A stretch of DNA of 64,000 bases from contig OX597815.1 in the NCBI GenBank assembly GCA_951406725.2, forward strand, positions 150,040,001 through 150,104,000, read 5' to 3'. A program made the position numbers and the translations under genes. Position 1 is the stretch's first letter, and each line of letters begins with the position of its first letter. Shown one piece after another: positions 63,293-64,000 of this stretch. This stretch comes from Octopus vulgaris. Taxonomy: Eukaryota. Under the pieces are notes generated by a model that ran no database searches, was not told the origin of the DNA, and saw nothing but the letters and a program-made list of their open reading frames with translations.

Positions 63293-63710
63293 GCAGTGAT
63301 AGTGTTTCTGTTGCTGTTGTCTGCAGAATGTGACTACGCTCATAGCGTAAGTAGATGTGGGAACTAATATAAATTTTACCTGCGTTAAAGTGCTTTGATG
63401 TTTCAGTTTGTTCTATTTTACAAGAACCATGTTGTGTCTAATATATTTTTGAGGAAAATATGAACAACAGTTTCCGACTGAAGAAATCCCAGATCTTGCC
63501 ATTTGAATTAAATTGCATCTCATGTCCTACGGTTAAGTTTCCACAGTGTTACACCACTCAGAAATATGAGTATCAGAAACACGTTTTTTTATAAATACAC
63601 TGCAAATCATATATACATTAACCATATGTGTGTGTGTGTGTATGTATGTGTGTGTGTGTGTGCGTGAGTGTGCGTGTGTGTGTGTGCATTTTATTATAGC
63701 TGTAAAACAT

Positions 63711-63781
63711 CACGAAAACTCAGTTTCACGTAGTCGTTTGCCGGTCTGTTGTGATCAAGTACTCCATCTTCGGTTTTCGAG
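63711..63781 (-). ncRNA. Degenerate hammerhead-like motif with a CCGAAGA core, between microsatellites
   Basis: CGAAAA-CCGAAGA-TGGAGT...ACTACGT-GAAA-CTGAG-TT-TTCG. Confidence 0.4.
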
Positions 63782-63825
63782 TACTATTTTTTCCTCCTTG
63801 CCTTGCAATAACGTACTTACTCGTT

Positions 63826-64000
<175 letters not shown>

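Overview
AT-rich, microsatellite-dense eukaryotic DNA. The SINE families and the (TA)n/(CATA)n/(GATA)n load suggest an octopus-type cephalopod genome, which is an inference. The window is essentially intronic or intergenic: there is no intact host gene, only one candidate terminal exon (minus strand, 3889-4120). Most listed ORFs are microsatellite or antisense artefacts. Transposable elements include: (1) several tRNA-derived SINE families; (2) a Tx1/L1-clade LINE embedded in (GATA)n; (3) CR1-type and R4/Dong-like (RLE) LINE fragments; (4) a decayed mariner, a CCGTA-ended MITE and Helitron remnants; (5) Penelope-like elements (PLEs), including a near-complete RT+GIY-YIG copy at 22636-26481 and several fold-back copies. 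A probable decayed 12S rRNA NUMT is also present. The main signal is a dense set of minimal type I hammerhead ribozyme (HHR) motifs, at least 10 copies from several unrelated families, nearly all in (TA)n-embedded fold-back or partially tandem elements. These include a non-coding 396-bp-unit element with 85-bp terminal redundancy (retrozyme/circRNA-like), a U3-A8 compensatory core variant, and a four-copy CUGUNGA variant family. All structures and coordinates were derived by eye; boundaries of degenerate elements are approximate.
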